NCBI GenBank assembly: GCA_963558185.1
Contig: CAUWFE010000005.1
Span: forward strand, 768-64,767
Length of the DNA stretch: 64,000 bases
Reading direction: 5' to 3'
From: an uncultured Clostridia bacterium
GTDB lineage: Bacteria; Bacillota; Clostridia; TANB77; CAG-508
The notes beneath the pieces were generated by a model. It searched no databases, was not told the DNA's origin, and saw only the letters and a program-made list of their open reading frames with translations. This document shows, piece after piece, positions 1-8,836 of this stretch (the first letter of the stretch is position 1; each line of letters opens with the position of its first letter). The position numbers were made by a program, and so were the translations under genes.

Positions 1-49
1 AATATTAAAAGATTTTAAAGTACCAGATTTTAAATTTCCAAAAATAAAA

Positions 50-1870
50 ATGAAAGATGTAGAAGAAATAGAAGAAGTAAAAGTAGACTATGAAGCATTA
101 AAAAACAAACAAGAAAGCGTAAAAAATAAAAATAAAGAATATGAAGGTACAAACTATCAAACAGTAAAAGAAATATTTTTATATTCAAAAGAAAAATTTG
201 CAAACGAAGTGTTTATGCTTCAAAAATTCAATTCAAAAGAACCATTTACAGAAATAACATATAAGCAATTTACAGATGATGTTATTTCTTTAGGAACAGC
301 TTTAACTAATATATATAACTTAAAAAATGAAAGAATTGTTATTATAGGAGAAAATACATATAATTGGTATGTATCTTATATGGCAATGCTTTGTGGAGTT
401 GGAATAGCAGTTCCTGTTGATAAAGAACTTCCAGCAAATGAAATTGAAAATGTAATAAAACGTTCTAAAGCAACTGCAATAATTTATTCAACAAAAAAGA
501 AAGAAGTAATAAAAAAATTACAAGATAATTTACCAAGTATAAAATATTTTATACAAATGAACTCTGATGAAGAATTAGAAGGTAGAGAAGTTGGATTTAA
601 TACAATATTAAAACAGGGTCAAGAACGAGTAGAAAATGGAGATGACTCTTTCCTAAAAATAGAAATAGATCCAGAAGAATTTAAAGTATTAATATTTACT
701 TCAGGAACAACATCTAATGCAAAAGGTGTAATGTTATGTAATAGAAACTTAGCAGCAAATATAAATGCTGTTACACCATATGTATACATAGACCAAAAAG
801 ATAGACTATTTTCAGTTCTTCCATTACATCATACATATGAATCATCTATTGGATTTTTATTACCATTTGCAAGGGGGTCTTCAATAGTAATATGCCAAGG
901 TTTAAAATATATAGTTCCAGACTTAAAAGAAACACATCCAACAGCTATGCTTACAGTTCCTTTATTAGTTGAAAATTTATATAAAAAAATAAATGCAACT
1001 ATAGCAAAAAGTGGAAAAACAGGATTAGTAAATTCTATGATACACGTAACTAATGCATTAAAAAGTGTGGGTGTAGATATAAAGAAAAAGGTATTTAAAG
1101 AAATATATGATAACTTAGGTGGAAATTTAAGAATAATAGTTTCAGCAGCAGCACCAATTGATCCTAAAATTGGTAAATGGGTTCAAGATATTGGAATATT
1201 ATTTTTACAAGGATATGGTTTAACCGAAACTGCACCAATAGCTGCATTAACTCCAGATTTTGACCAAAGAGTAGGTTCAGCAGGAAAAGCAGTTGCTGGA
1301 GCTAAAGCAGAATTGAAAATAGATTCTCCAAATGAAAATGGAGAAGGAGAAGTTTTAATAAAAAGTGAAACATTAATGTTAGGTTACTATGAAGATGAAG
1401 AAGCTACAAATGAAGTTATATTCGAAGATGAAAATAAAAATAGATGGTTCCATTCAGGAGATGTTGGCTATTTAGATGAAGATGGATTTTTATACATTAC
1501 AGGAAGAAGTAAAAATGTTATTGTAACTCAAAATGGAAAAAATATTTATCCAGAAGAAATAGAATTAATGCTTGGAAAAATTCCAGAAATAGCAGAATGT
1601 ATGGTTTATGGAAAACCAGAAGAAGGACAAAAAGAACTTATAATTACAGCTAGAGTTATTCCTAACTATGAAGAAATAGAACAAAGGCATGGAAAAGATT
1701 TAACAGATGACCAAATAAAAGATATAATATGGAATCAAATTAAAAATGTAAATCACGAATTAACATCTTATAAAGCCATAAAAAAATTAGAAATAAAAAA
1801 AGATGAATTTGTTAAAACAACAACTATGAAAATCAAAAGATATGTAGAAATAAATAAAGCAAATAACTAA
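50..1870 (+). CDS. AMP-dependent long-chain acyl-CoA synthetase/ligase
   Basis: 606-aa ORF with AMP-binding signatures (IFTSGTTSNAKGV, QGYGLTETAP, C-terminal TTTMKIKR). Paralog of 14392..16134 and 16214..17944. The frame stays open back to base 2, so the true start may lie upstream of the window. Confidence 0.85.
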   Translation: MKDVEEIEEVKVDYEALKNKQESVKNKNKEYEGTNYQTVKEIFLYSKEKFANEVFMLQKFNSKEPFTEITYKQFTDDVISLGTALTNIYNLKNERIVIIGENTYNWYVSYMAMLCGVGIAVPVDKELPANEIENVIKRSKATAIIYSTKKKEVIKKLQDNLPSIKYFIQMNSDEELEGREVGFNTILKQGQERVENGDDSFLKIEIDPEEFKVLIFTSGTTSNAKGVMLCNRNLAANINAVTPYVYIDQKDRLFSVLPLHHTYESSIGFLLPFARGSSIVICQGLKYIVPDLKETHPTAMLTVPLLVENLYKKINATIAKSGKTGLVNSMIHVTNALKSVGVDIKKKVFKEIYDNLGGNLRIIVSAAAPIDPKIGKWVQDIGILFLQGYGLTETAPIAALTPDFDQRVGSAGKAVAGAKAELKIDSPNENGEGEVLIKSETLMLGYYEDEEATNEVIFEDENKNRWFHSGDVGYLDEDGFLYITGRSKNVIVTQNGKNIYPEEIELMLGKIPEIAECMVYGKPEEGQKELIITARVIPNYEEIEQRHGKDLTDDQIKDIIWNQIKNVNHELTSYKAIKKLEIKKDEFVKTTTMKIKRYVEINKANN

Positions 1871-1875
1871 TCATA

Positions 1876-1901
1876 AGTCGTTCTTAATTTTAAGAACGAC
1901 T
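1876..1901 (+). terminator. Hairpin after acyl-CoA synthetase stop
   Basis: Perfect 12-bp inverted repeat agtcgttcttaa/ttaagaacgact with a 2-nt loop, 6 nt after the stop. No clear U-tract. Confidence 0.45.
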
Positions 1902-2052
1902 AAAATATTACATTTATATTACATTTGTTTTTTCTATTGACTTTTATAAATAAGTTGTATAAAATAAAATAGAAGTGAAAAAAGAGTTATATTGTAGTTT
2001 TTTGTAGAAAAGCAATAATAATATACATAATTGACAAAGGAGGAGATTTACA

Positions 2053-2910
2053 ATGTCTAGATCTGGCATAGTAAATGTTAGAATGGTAATTACAGAGGAA
2101 AAGATATTATCAAATATTGAAAAAGTTCATAGAATGATTAATCCAAAAAGTAAAAAGCAAATAGTACAATTTGAAGATGACAGTTACTTTAAAGATTTAA
2201 TAGAATCTATAAAAACATATTTAATTGAATATCCGAAGAAAAAGAACTTTCCAGTAAGTGTATATAAGGCTGCTTACAATTTAGTAGAATTTGCTACAAA
2301 TCAATTTGAAGAAAACACAAAACAAATAGAAGGTTTAATTCGTCAAAGAGAGGCTAATATTGCTTCTGCAAGGGTGCTAAAAGATGCTTTAGAAATTGTA
2401 GAAAATAAAGAAGATGGATGGAAAGAAAGTATAAAAGAGATACAAGAAGATTTCCAAGAAGATATTATAGAAACACTTGAAGTAATAGGAAAATCAAAAA
2501 ATGATAAATCTCAAAATTATGAAGATGCTGTAAAATTAATAAATGCAAGAATTGTTAATTTAGAGTCTAATTTACATATAGAGATAGATATGGAAAGAAT
2601 AGAAGACCGTTCAAAAGCTTTAAGCTATATAGGAATAGAAGTTGCTGATGCATTAAAATTAATTCCAACACCAGAAGAAGAAATAATAAATGCAGAACAA
2701 ACAGAACAAGAAAGAGAAGAAAATGTAAATATTCAAGCAGTAGAAGAGAATAATAAAGAACAAGAAGCATATGAACAGGAAACTACTTTTGAAGCTAAAC
2801 CTTCATTATGGCAAAGATTTAAACAAAGTAAATTTGTTAGAGCTATTAAATATGCATTTAAAATTAGAGTTGTATTGGATATTCCAGCATTACCAGAGGG
2901 AAAAGAATAA
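2053..2910 (+). CDS. Hypothetical acidic coiled-coil protein
   Basis: 285-aa ORF with strong SD (aaaggagg) 8 nt upstream. E/K/Q-rich. No motif recognised. Confidence 0.55.
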   Translation: MSRSGIVNVRMVITEEKILSNIEKVHRMINPKSKKQIVQFEDDSYFKDLIESIKTYLIEYPKKKNFPVSVYKAAYNLVEFATNQFEENTKQIEGLIRQREANIASARVLKDALEIVENKEDGWKESIKEIQEDFQEDIIETLEVIGKSKNDKSQNYEDAVKLINARIVNLESNLHIEIDMERIEDRSKALSYIGIEVADALKLIPTPEEEIINAEQTEQEREENVNIQAVEENNKEQEAYEQETTFEAKPSLWQRFKQSKFVRAIKYAFKIRVVLDIPALPEGKE

Positions 2911-2933
2911 TTTTAAATTTAATAAAATAAATA

Positions 2934-2965
2934 AAAACTGTAGATTATACTACAGTTTTATTTAT
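2934..2965. terminator. Bidirectional rho-independent terminator
   Basis: aaaactgtag/ctacagtttt 10-bp stem flanked by an A-run and a T-run, between convergent genes. Confidence 0.7.
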
Positions 2966-3300
2966 TTCCATATTCTATTACAATTTTTAATTTCTTTTTC
3001 TTTAAATGCTTTAAAAATATCCACATTATTCATATTTGCTATGTTAAGTAAGTAGATAAAACAATCTGCTAACTCTTCTTCAACACTAGTATTGTATTGT
3101 TTTGATACATCTAATTGTCCATTAGTGTGTTTCCTTATTGCTTTTGCAAGTTCACCTATTTCTTCTAAAAAAAGCATCATTTCTCGTTCAATAGTAACAT
3201 TATCAAATTTCCTAGCTTTTTTCATATCTTTTATATAATTTTGAATTTCTGAAACAGAACTTTTTTCATTTAATAATTCTAATTTTTCTCTTAATTCCAT
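2962..3300 (-). CDS. MazG-like nucleotide pyrophosphohydrolase (small all-alpha NTP-PPase)
   Basis: 112 aa. EExGEL...EELAD motif pair (LEEIGELAKAIRK, EEELADCFIYLLNIAN) typical of the MazG family. SD aggag. Confidence 0.65.
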   Translation of the reverse strand: MELREKLELLNEKSSVSEIQNYIKDMKKARKFDNVTIEREMMLFLEEIGELAKAIRKHTNGQLDVSKQYNTSVEEELADCFIYLLNIANMNNVDIFKAFKEKEIKNCNRIWK

Positions 3301-3368
3301 ATATTACTCCTATAATTTTTTTGTTAAAATAAAGCTAAAAGCATGTACAATTTTTATTCTACCATTTA

Positions 3369-3743
3369 TCAATTAAAAAATATATTATATATTCCCAAAA
3401 TAAATACAAAACAAGGGGCAATATAAGATTTTGCAAATGGGCGTACAACAGCCTGCTCTGGGTTATTTCTATTATATGCTATTAATTGTTGTTTCCCGAT
3501 TATACCAGTAGTTAAATTTTTAACTTTTGTTTGTATGTGATATTCTTTACCATCAACTACATATTTAATAGAGCAAATGCGAACTCTATTGTTATGTGAA
3601 TTAATTTGGTAGTTAGAAAGTTTTACAGATTCTATATTGTCAATAATACCTATAGTTTTTACAGCATTAGGAACTCTTTTAAACGCTCCTAAAATAAATA
3701 ATAAAAATATTGAAAAAATAATACAAATAATTCCAAATGGCAT
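3369..3743 (-). CDS. Small membrane protein (N- and C-terminal TM helices, DUF3592-like architecture)
   Basis: 124 aa. Hydrophobic N-terminus FGIICIIFSIFLLFILGAF and C-terminus CFVFILGIYNIFF flank a soluble core. SD aaagga. Confidence 0.5.
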   Translation of the reverse strand: MPFGIICIIFSIFLLFILGAFKRVPNAVKTIGIIDNIESVKLSNYQINSHNNRVRICSIKYVVDGKEYHIQTKVKNLTTGIIGKQQLIAYNRNNPEQAVVRPFAKSYIAPCFVFILGIYNIFFN

Positions 3744-3856
3744 TGCAAAAAATCCTTTCTAATTATTAACTTTAACGATAAATCTTATATATGTATATCA
3801 TAAGCTATTATAATTGTCAAATAAATTTTGGAACATAGAACTTGTAGATATTAATA

Positions 3857-3896
3857 AAACCGTAGAATATTGATAATTCAATTAATCTACGGTTTT
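3857..3896. terminator. Hairpin terminator
   Basis: aaaaccgtaga/tctacggtttt 11-bp stem with A/T-runs on both sides. Confidence 0.55.
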
Positions 3897-4219
3897 ATTA
3901 TGGGTACGTTGAAGATTTCGGCTCTAGTTAACTTTATATATTATTTTATTTCTGTTCCGCCTCATTCAACGACTGAAAACCATTTTTTTTATCCATTTTT
4001 ATTTCTTGCTGTATTAAATCTATAATAACATATATTTTCTTAATTTTATCTAATTTGTATTTGAACCATTACTATTTTACAATATTTAGTGTGCTAATAT
4101 TCTATTTGCATCATAATATTAAGTTTCTATGCGCCATTACCGATAAAATATAATATAGAAGAAATTGCTCCAAATATAACACAAAATTCACAATTTAGAA
4201 AAAAATACATAAGTTTTGA

Positions 4220-4336
4220 AATACTTTTGAAAAGTTTATCTCTTAGATTTGCAGGAAATTTCTAATTATCAAAGAAGCTAATTTAGTTAGAGATTTTCAA
4301 AAGGAAACAAATACTTTTATAAATCCAGAAAAATAA
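4220..4336 (+). pseudogene. Relic 3' fragment of a MobV-type relaxase gene
   Basis: Translates to NTFEKFIS*ICRKFLIIKEANLVRDFQKETNTFINPEK*. This is collinear with the C-terminus of the intact relaxase at 36341..37510 (NTFEKTIKKFIIWVCKKFAISEEDNLIRDFQKETDTFINPEK) but carries an internal stop. Confidence 0.75.
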
Positions 4337-4408
4337 ATTAAACACGAAGAAAGAGAAAAAGAGTAAATTTAGAAATATAAATAAAAGCATCATTAAAGAT
4401 GCTTTTAT

Positions 4409-6538
4409 TTATATTTTTAAGGTAGTATTTGTAGTTATTTCTTTTCCATTTACTATTACTATATGCTTTAGCACGTTATTGTTTAATTGTAAAAATTTAA
4501 AATTGTCAAAGGTATTATTATTAAAAATAATTTTTTGTTGGTAACTATCTTGTAAGTTGTTTAAATATATTAATCTCTGAATATTTGATTGATTTTCTAC
4601 TCTAATAGTATTATTAGTTATACTCACATTAATATTATTTATTTTGGTTAAAGCAAATTGAACAAAATTTTTACTATTTTCTCCCCATAAATTACTATCA
4701 GATAATGTAACTATATTATTCGAAATATCTATATCTTCTGACATTACATATTCTCCATAGTTAAATAACGTGTTTGGAGATTTCCCATTTAAATTAATTG
4801 TATTTCCTGTTATTTTTGTGGAGCCTCCTGTTAACTTATAAACTAAATCACTATTTATAGTAATTTGATTATTAATAATTTGTGGTGCGCCATACTCTAT
4901 TGTATTATCATTATCTGTAAAACTTATAAGATAATTACTAGTTATATCAATTTTATTATTCTCTAATGTTATTTTTCCAAAAATAAAACTACTATTAGTT
5001 GTTTTGGCAATATTAATGCTATTAGAGCTAATTATCACATTTTTTGTTTTTGAATAATTCTGTATAAATGCACTATTATAATTTAAGTTTTCTTGTTCAT
5101 ATTCTAATTTATTATTTTGTATAAATATATTATTTGAACCATCGTCTCCTGCAATATAGGCGAAAATTCCAGCATATTTAGAAGATATTTCGTTATTTAT
5201 AAATTTGATATTAGAAACTTTCCCACCTGTTTGTCCAAATGTAAAATTCATGTAACTAGGCTTCTCAACTTTTCCATCATCTAATTTGAAAGTATTACTG
5301 TCAATAATTATATTATCAATATTTCCATCCCAAATTCCAATTGATTCATCATGGCAACTTTTCTCTATATAATTGTTTTTTATTATAGCATTTTTTGAAA
5401 TATAGCTGTCATTAGTAGTTGCATCACTTAAGAAGATATTTCCACCGACATTACTATTAGTTAAATTGATAAATTCACAATTTTGTATTGTTATATTTTC
5501 CCATTCTGTTCTAAACCATAAATTAGTTAATTTTCTTAATGAATTTTCATTTATTTCATAAATATTAAAAGTACAATCACTTATATTAATATTGTTACAA
5601 TAGTCCCCTACTACCTGACAACTTGATTCATCATCTTTTATCTTAACATTTCCATTTTCAAATTTTAAATTAGTAACCATAATATTTTGAATATGATTTG
5701 TTTCTGTTCCTGCTATATAGACTTGAGCATATGATGAATATTCAATTTGTTCTGATAAAAATAGTGTAGCATCATTTCCAATAATAGCTAAATTGCTTGT
5801 ATTTATTTTTATTATTGTATCATATTTATATCTTTCACTTTCAAACGTAACATTTCCATACCCAGCATTTAGAGCTAATTGTATAGCTCCTGCATCATTA
5901 TGATTTCCATCTCCATAAGCGCCAAATTGATTTACAGTAACTGTATTATTTATTGCATGTAATTCTGCATATAATCCATTATCTAATTGAATACATTTTC
6001 CTTCATCTACTGCTAAACTCGTACTATTTACTATATCATAATAAGCACTTCCACCATACTGTTTATCCCAGTAGCTTTCTGTTTGAACCAACTGTCCATC
6101 TGTTAATTCAGTATCTGTCTTCATACTTGCTACATTAGGATATGTTTTATCTACTTCTAATTTAAATTCTTCTATACTTATTACTTCATTTTCATTTGTT
6201 ACTATTTGCCATTTATCTAATATAAAAGAATAAGTATTGTCTTCATTTTGTGCTACTCCTACTTGTAAGTTCTTTCTTAAGAAGTTTGTAAAATCTGAAC
6301 TTTGATTTGTTGTTTTTTCTATTCCATATTGTGTCAATAATAAAGATACTTTTTCTTTAGCTTCTGCTTTACTATATTCTTCTCCTGCTTTTGTTGCTTG
6401 TCTAAATATTCCATTTTCTCCTATTGTTAAGTTAATTGTTACTCCTACTAATATTAAAAGCACTATTATTGTTATAATAAGTGCTATTAAGGTAATACCT
6501 TTTTTACCATATTTTAGTCCTTCTTTTAATTTCTTCAT
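4409..6538 (-). CDS. Pilin-like N-terminal module fused to a right-handed beta-helix (pectate-lyase/tailspike-like) domain
   Basis: N-terminus MKKLKEGLKYGKKG|ITLIALIITIIVLLIL..GENGIF (prepilin-type). Followed by VNQFGAYGDGNHNDAGAIQLALNAG (Pectate_lyase_3-like) and long N/I-rich beta-helix repeats. The ORF is open to 6613; the start at 6538 was chosen for a short pilin-like leader. Confidence 0.75.
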   Translation of the reverse strand: MKKLKEGLKYGKKGITLIALIITIIVLLILVGVTINLTIGENGIFRQATKAGEEYSKAEAKEKVSLLLTQYGIEKTTNQSSDFTNFLRKNLQVGVAQNEDNTYSFILDKWQIVTNENEVISIEEFKLEVDKTYPNVASMKTDTELTDGQLVQTESYWDKQYGGSAYYDIVNSTSLAVDEGKCIQLDNGLYAELHAINNTVTVNQFGAYGDGNHNDAGAIQLALNAGYGNVTFESERYKYDTIIKINTSNLAIIGNDATLFLSEQIEYSSYAQVYIAGTETNHIQNIMVTNLKFENGNVKIKDDESSCQVVGDYCNNINISDCTFNIYEINENSLRKLTNLWFRTEWENITIQNCEFINLTNSNVGGNIFLSDATTNDSYISKNAIIKNNYIEKSCHDESIGIWDGNIDNIIIDSNTFKLDDGKVEKPSYMNFTFGQTGGKVSNIKFINNEISSKYAGIFAYIAGDDGSNNIFIQNNKLEYEQENLNYNSAFIQNYSKTKNVIISSNSINIAKTTNSSFIFGKITLENNKIDITSNYLISFTDNDNTIEYGAPQIINNQITINSDLVYKLTGGSTKITGNTINLNGKSPNTLFNYGEYVMSEDIDISNNIVTLSDSNLWGENSKNFVQFALTKINNINVSITNNTIRVENQSNIQRLIYLNNLQDSYQQKIIFNNNTFDNFKFLQLNNNVLKHIVIVNGKEITTNTTLKI

Positions 6539-6677
6539 AATTAAATTCATTCCTTTCATTTTTTTCTTTTGATTTTCTGAAATTATAATATCATAGTAGT
6601 AAAATATTTGCAAGTATAAATAGGTGCATATTTATTTTATTTTTTAATATAGAATATCTTGCAAGGAGGTTGCAAAT

Positions 6678-6878
6678 ATGAACAAGTTAAAAATACCAGA
6701 AAATCATAGTGGGATTAGCAAAACTCTTAGACTGCCAGAAAATATAGTAAATGATATACAAAATCTTGCTAATCTTAAAAACTTATCTTTTAATAAAGTT
6801 GTAATTTCTTTATTAGAATTTAGCCTAAATAATTTAGATGAAAAAGATAAAGAAGAATTAGAAAAATTGCAAAAATAA
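6678..6878 (+). CDS. Small ribbon-helix-helix (CopG-like) protein
   Basis: 66 aa. KTLRLPENIVNDIQNLANLKNLSFNKVVISLLEFSL fits a beta-strand/helix/helix pattern. Strong SD aaggagg. Confidence 0.5.
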   Translation: MNKLKIPENHSGISKTLRLPENIVNDIQNLANLKNLSFNKVVISLLEFSLNNLDEKDKEELEKLQK

Positions 6879-6911
6879 TTTTTTATCTAGGTAGACTTGA
6901 AGTCTATCTTT

Positions 6912-7181
6912 TTAAATATCAAGACAAATTATTGTATCATTATCTAAATATAATGTAATACCCTTCTCATTAATTTCTACTTCATATATTTGATTTAAAT
7001 TTATCTTTAAATAATTTTGGCTTTCTTCATCTGTGATGTTCAAAATTTCATATTCAATAAAATATTTTAGTTTATGTATTGAATATTTATTTTTCAAAAA
7101 TCCATCATGAGTTATAACTACATTTTTCCCTATAAACTCATTTAATTTTTCTTCTAAACTATTATTTGTATTTTGTATCAT
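6912..7181 (-). CDS. Hypothetical protein
   Basis: 89-aa ORF with SD gaggt. No motif recognised. Confidence 0.4.
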   Translation of the reverse strand: MIQNTNNSLEEKLNEFIGKNVVITHDGFLKNKYSIHKLKYFIEYEILNITDEESQNYLKINLNQIYEVEINEKGITLYLDNDTIICLDI

Positions 7182-7374
7182 TATTATTACCTCATTTCAC
7201 CAATTTATATTATTCTGTTCATTTATTGAATAATTATACTACTTTTATTAGTGGTTATAACATATTTAATAAATTTATATAATTTGGCAAATTGAAATGA
7301 TTTAATTATAGCGTAACAAAAATTTCAATGCAACGAATCAGTTCGATGAATTGAAAATATTTTATGATTTTTCA

Positions 7375-7393
7375 ATGTACCAAAGTGGTACAT
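7375..7393. promoter_or_regulatory. 19-bp palindrome, candidate operator upstream of XRE gene
   Basis: atgtacca-aag-tggtacat perfect inverted repeat ~60 nt upstream of 7451. Confidence 0.35.
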
Positions 7394-7450
7394 GATTGCA
7401 TTTATATATAATTTTATTGATTTTTAGCGATTTTATGGAGGATTAAAAAA

Positions 7451-7687
7451 ATGAAATTATCAGATGCAATTAGAAAAAGAATTAAATTTTATTTGAAAGA
7501 AAAAAATATGAATGTATGGAAGTTATGTAAGATGTCTGGAATTCCTTGTTCTACTATTTCAACTTTCATGAGTAGTAAAACAGAGTTAATAAAATTAGAT
7601 ACCTTATTACATATTTGTGAAGGATTTGAAATTACCTTAGGAGAATTTTTTACAGATTCAACATTTGACATGGCAGAACAAGATTAA
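7451..7687 (+). CDS. XRE-family HTH transcriptional regulator
   Basis: 78 aa. Collinear paralog of the IME regulator at 33083..33319 (shared ...TLLHICEGFEITLGEFFTD vs TLLHLCEGLGIELNEFFTD). SD ggagg. Confidence 0.8.
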   Translation: MKLSDAIRKRIKFYLKEKNMNVWKLCKMSGIPCSTISTFMSSKTELIKLDTLLHICEGFEITLGEFFTDSTFDMAEQD

Positions 7688-7771
7688 TAATAAAAATACG
7701 GTTCTATAATAAATGTTGGTGTGGTTAAATAATGTACTGAACCCAAAAAAACGGACATTTTTGATTAGGTA

Positions 7772-7875
7772 TTAGGCAACTTCTAAGGAGTGAATTCTGT
7801 ATTGAACAGGATTCATTTCTTTTAGTTCGCTCTTTATCCTTTTATTGTTATAATAATCTATATATTCTATTATGA
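7772..7875 (-). mobile_element. IS3-family transposase (OrfB) C-terminal fragment
   Basis: The reverse strand translates to IEYIDYYNNKRIKSELKEMNPVQYRIHSLEVA*, the typical IS3/IS150 integrase C-terminus. No upstream remainder is present. Confidence 0.7.
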
Positions 7876-7953
7876 GTATATAGATTAATTTGTGTAAAGT
7901 TAAAAAATAAACCTTCTTATAATAAAATAAAAATGTCATAAGGAGATTTAAAA

Positions 7954-8113
7954 TATGGCAAAGAAAGAAAAAATAAGTGAAGAAAGAAGAAAATTAATAC
8001 AAGAATTTATTAAAAGTAATGAATTAAAAACAGCATGAGATATTCAAGAAGCAATAAAAGATTTGTTTAAAGATACAATCCAAGGAATGTTAAATGCAGA
8101 ATTAACAGAATAT
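7954..8113 (+). mobile_element. IS256/Mutator-family transposase N-terminal fragment with in-frame stop
   Basis: MAKKEKISEERRKLIQEFIKSNELKTA*DIQEAIKDLFKDTIQGMLNAELTEY matches the conserved N-terminal region of IS256-family transposases. It has a TGA at 8035..8037 and is truncated after ~53 codons. Confidence 0.7.
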
Positions 8114-8176
8114 CATTTTATATCTTTTTTCATTTGTCCCCCTGCCTATTATATCAAAAAAAGAAGAAATTTTATA

Positions 8177-8362
8177 TTAAAACTTCTTCTTTTTCTTAAG
8201 TTGTTGACATTGATATGTAAGATTAGTTTTATCTAACTTTCTAATACTACCATTTATAAAAGTGGGACTAACTTTAGCAAATTCACATATAAATTCAAGC
8301 CTTTGTTTTAGACATTCCTCAAATTGTAATTCTTCTTTAATTATCTTCATTATTAACACCAT
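8177..8362 (-). CDS. Hypothetical small protein (doubtful)
   Basis: 61-aa ORF inside the degraded region. No motif, weak SD. Confidence 0.25.
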   Translation of the reverse strand: MVLIMKIIKEELQFEECLKQRLEFICEFAKVSPTFINGSIRKLDKTNLTYQCQQLKKKKKF

Positions 8363-8475
8363 CCTTTCGTTTAGATGATTTTAATATTGTTTTTAGGAAA
8401 CACAAAAATCAACCAGATTTTTTCTGATTGATTTTTGTATCAATTCTGTTCTATTAGTTCGAACAGATACATCAT

Positions 8476-8561
8476 TGGTGGGCAGAGATGGATTCGAACC
8501 ATCGTACTCGTATGAGAACAGATTTACAGTCTGCCGCCTTTAGCCACTCGGCCACCTACCC
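8476..8561 (-). tRNA. tRNA-Tyr (GTA)
   Basis: The reverse complement gggtaggtggccgagtgg...cagactGTAaatctg...ggttcgaatcc...cccacca folds as a cloverleaf with a long variable arm and encoded CCA. Confidence 0.9.
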
Positions 8562-8576
8562 GTATCATAAATAAAA

Positions 8577-8653
8577 TGGTGCTCCCTCAAGGATTCGAAC
8601 CTTGGACCCACCGGTTATGAGCCGGTTGCTCTGACCAACTGAGCTAAGGGAGC
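8577..8653 (-). tRNA. tRNA with CAT anticodon (Met by code; loop CTCATAA suggests lysidine-type tRNA-Ile2)
   Basis: Reverse complement gctcccttagctcagttggtcagagc...ggCTCATAAcc...ggttcgaatcc..gggagcacca. Lacks the initiator GGG/CCC anticodon stem. The loop differs from the elongator-Met-like tRNA at 30436. Confidence 0.85.
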
Positions 8654-8682
8654 ATATATATTATTTTCCTAACGCGATTTTT

Positions 8683-8711
8683 ATTATACTTGATTTTTTA
8701 TATAATGTCAA
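8683..8711 (-). promoter_or_regulatory. Sigma-A-type promoter for the tRNA pair
   Basis: Minus strand reads TTGACA-17 nt-TATAAT, ~30 nt upstream of the tRNA 5' end. Confidence 0.7.
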
Positions 8712-8836
8712 TACTTTTATAAAATTTTTATAGGAAAATGAACAAAAAATTTTATATTTAAGTGAAATTAAATTGTAACCATTGAACAAAGCAAGAATAT
8801 AATATAAAAAATGTGATTAATGATAAGGAGGAAAAA

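Noticed and set aside
2771-3055. 94-aa ORF overlapping the end of the 285-aa gene and the MazG-like gene.
   Set aside because: It spans a bidirectional terminator and overlaps two better-supported genes. No SD.
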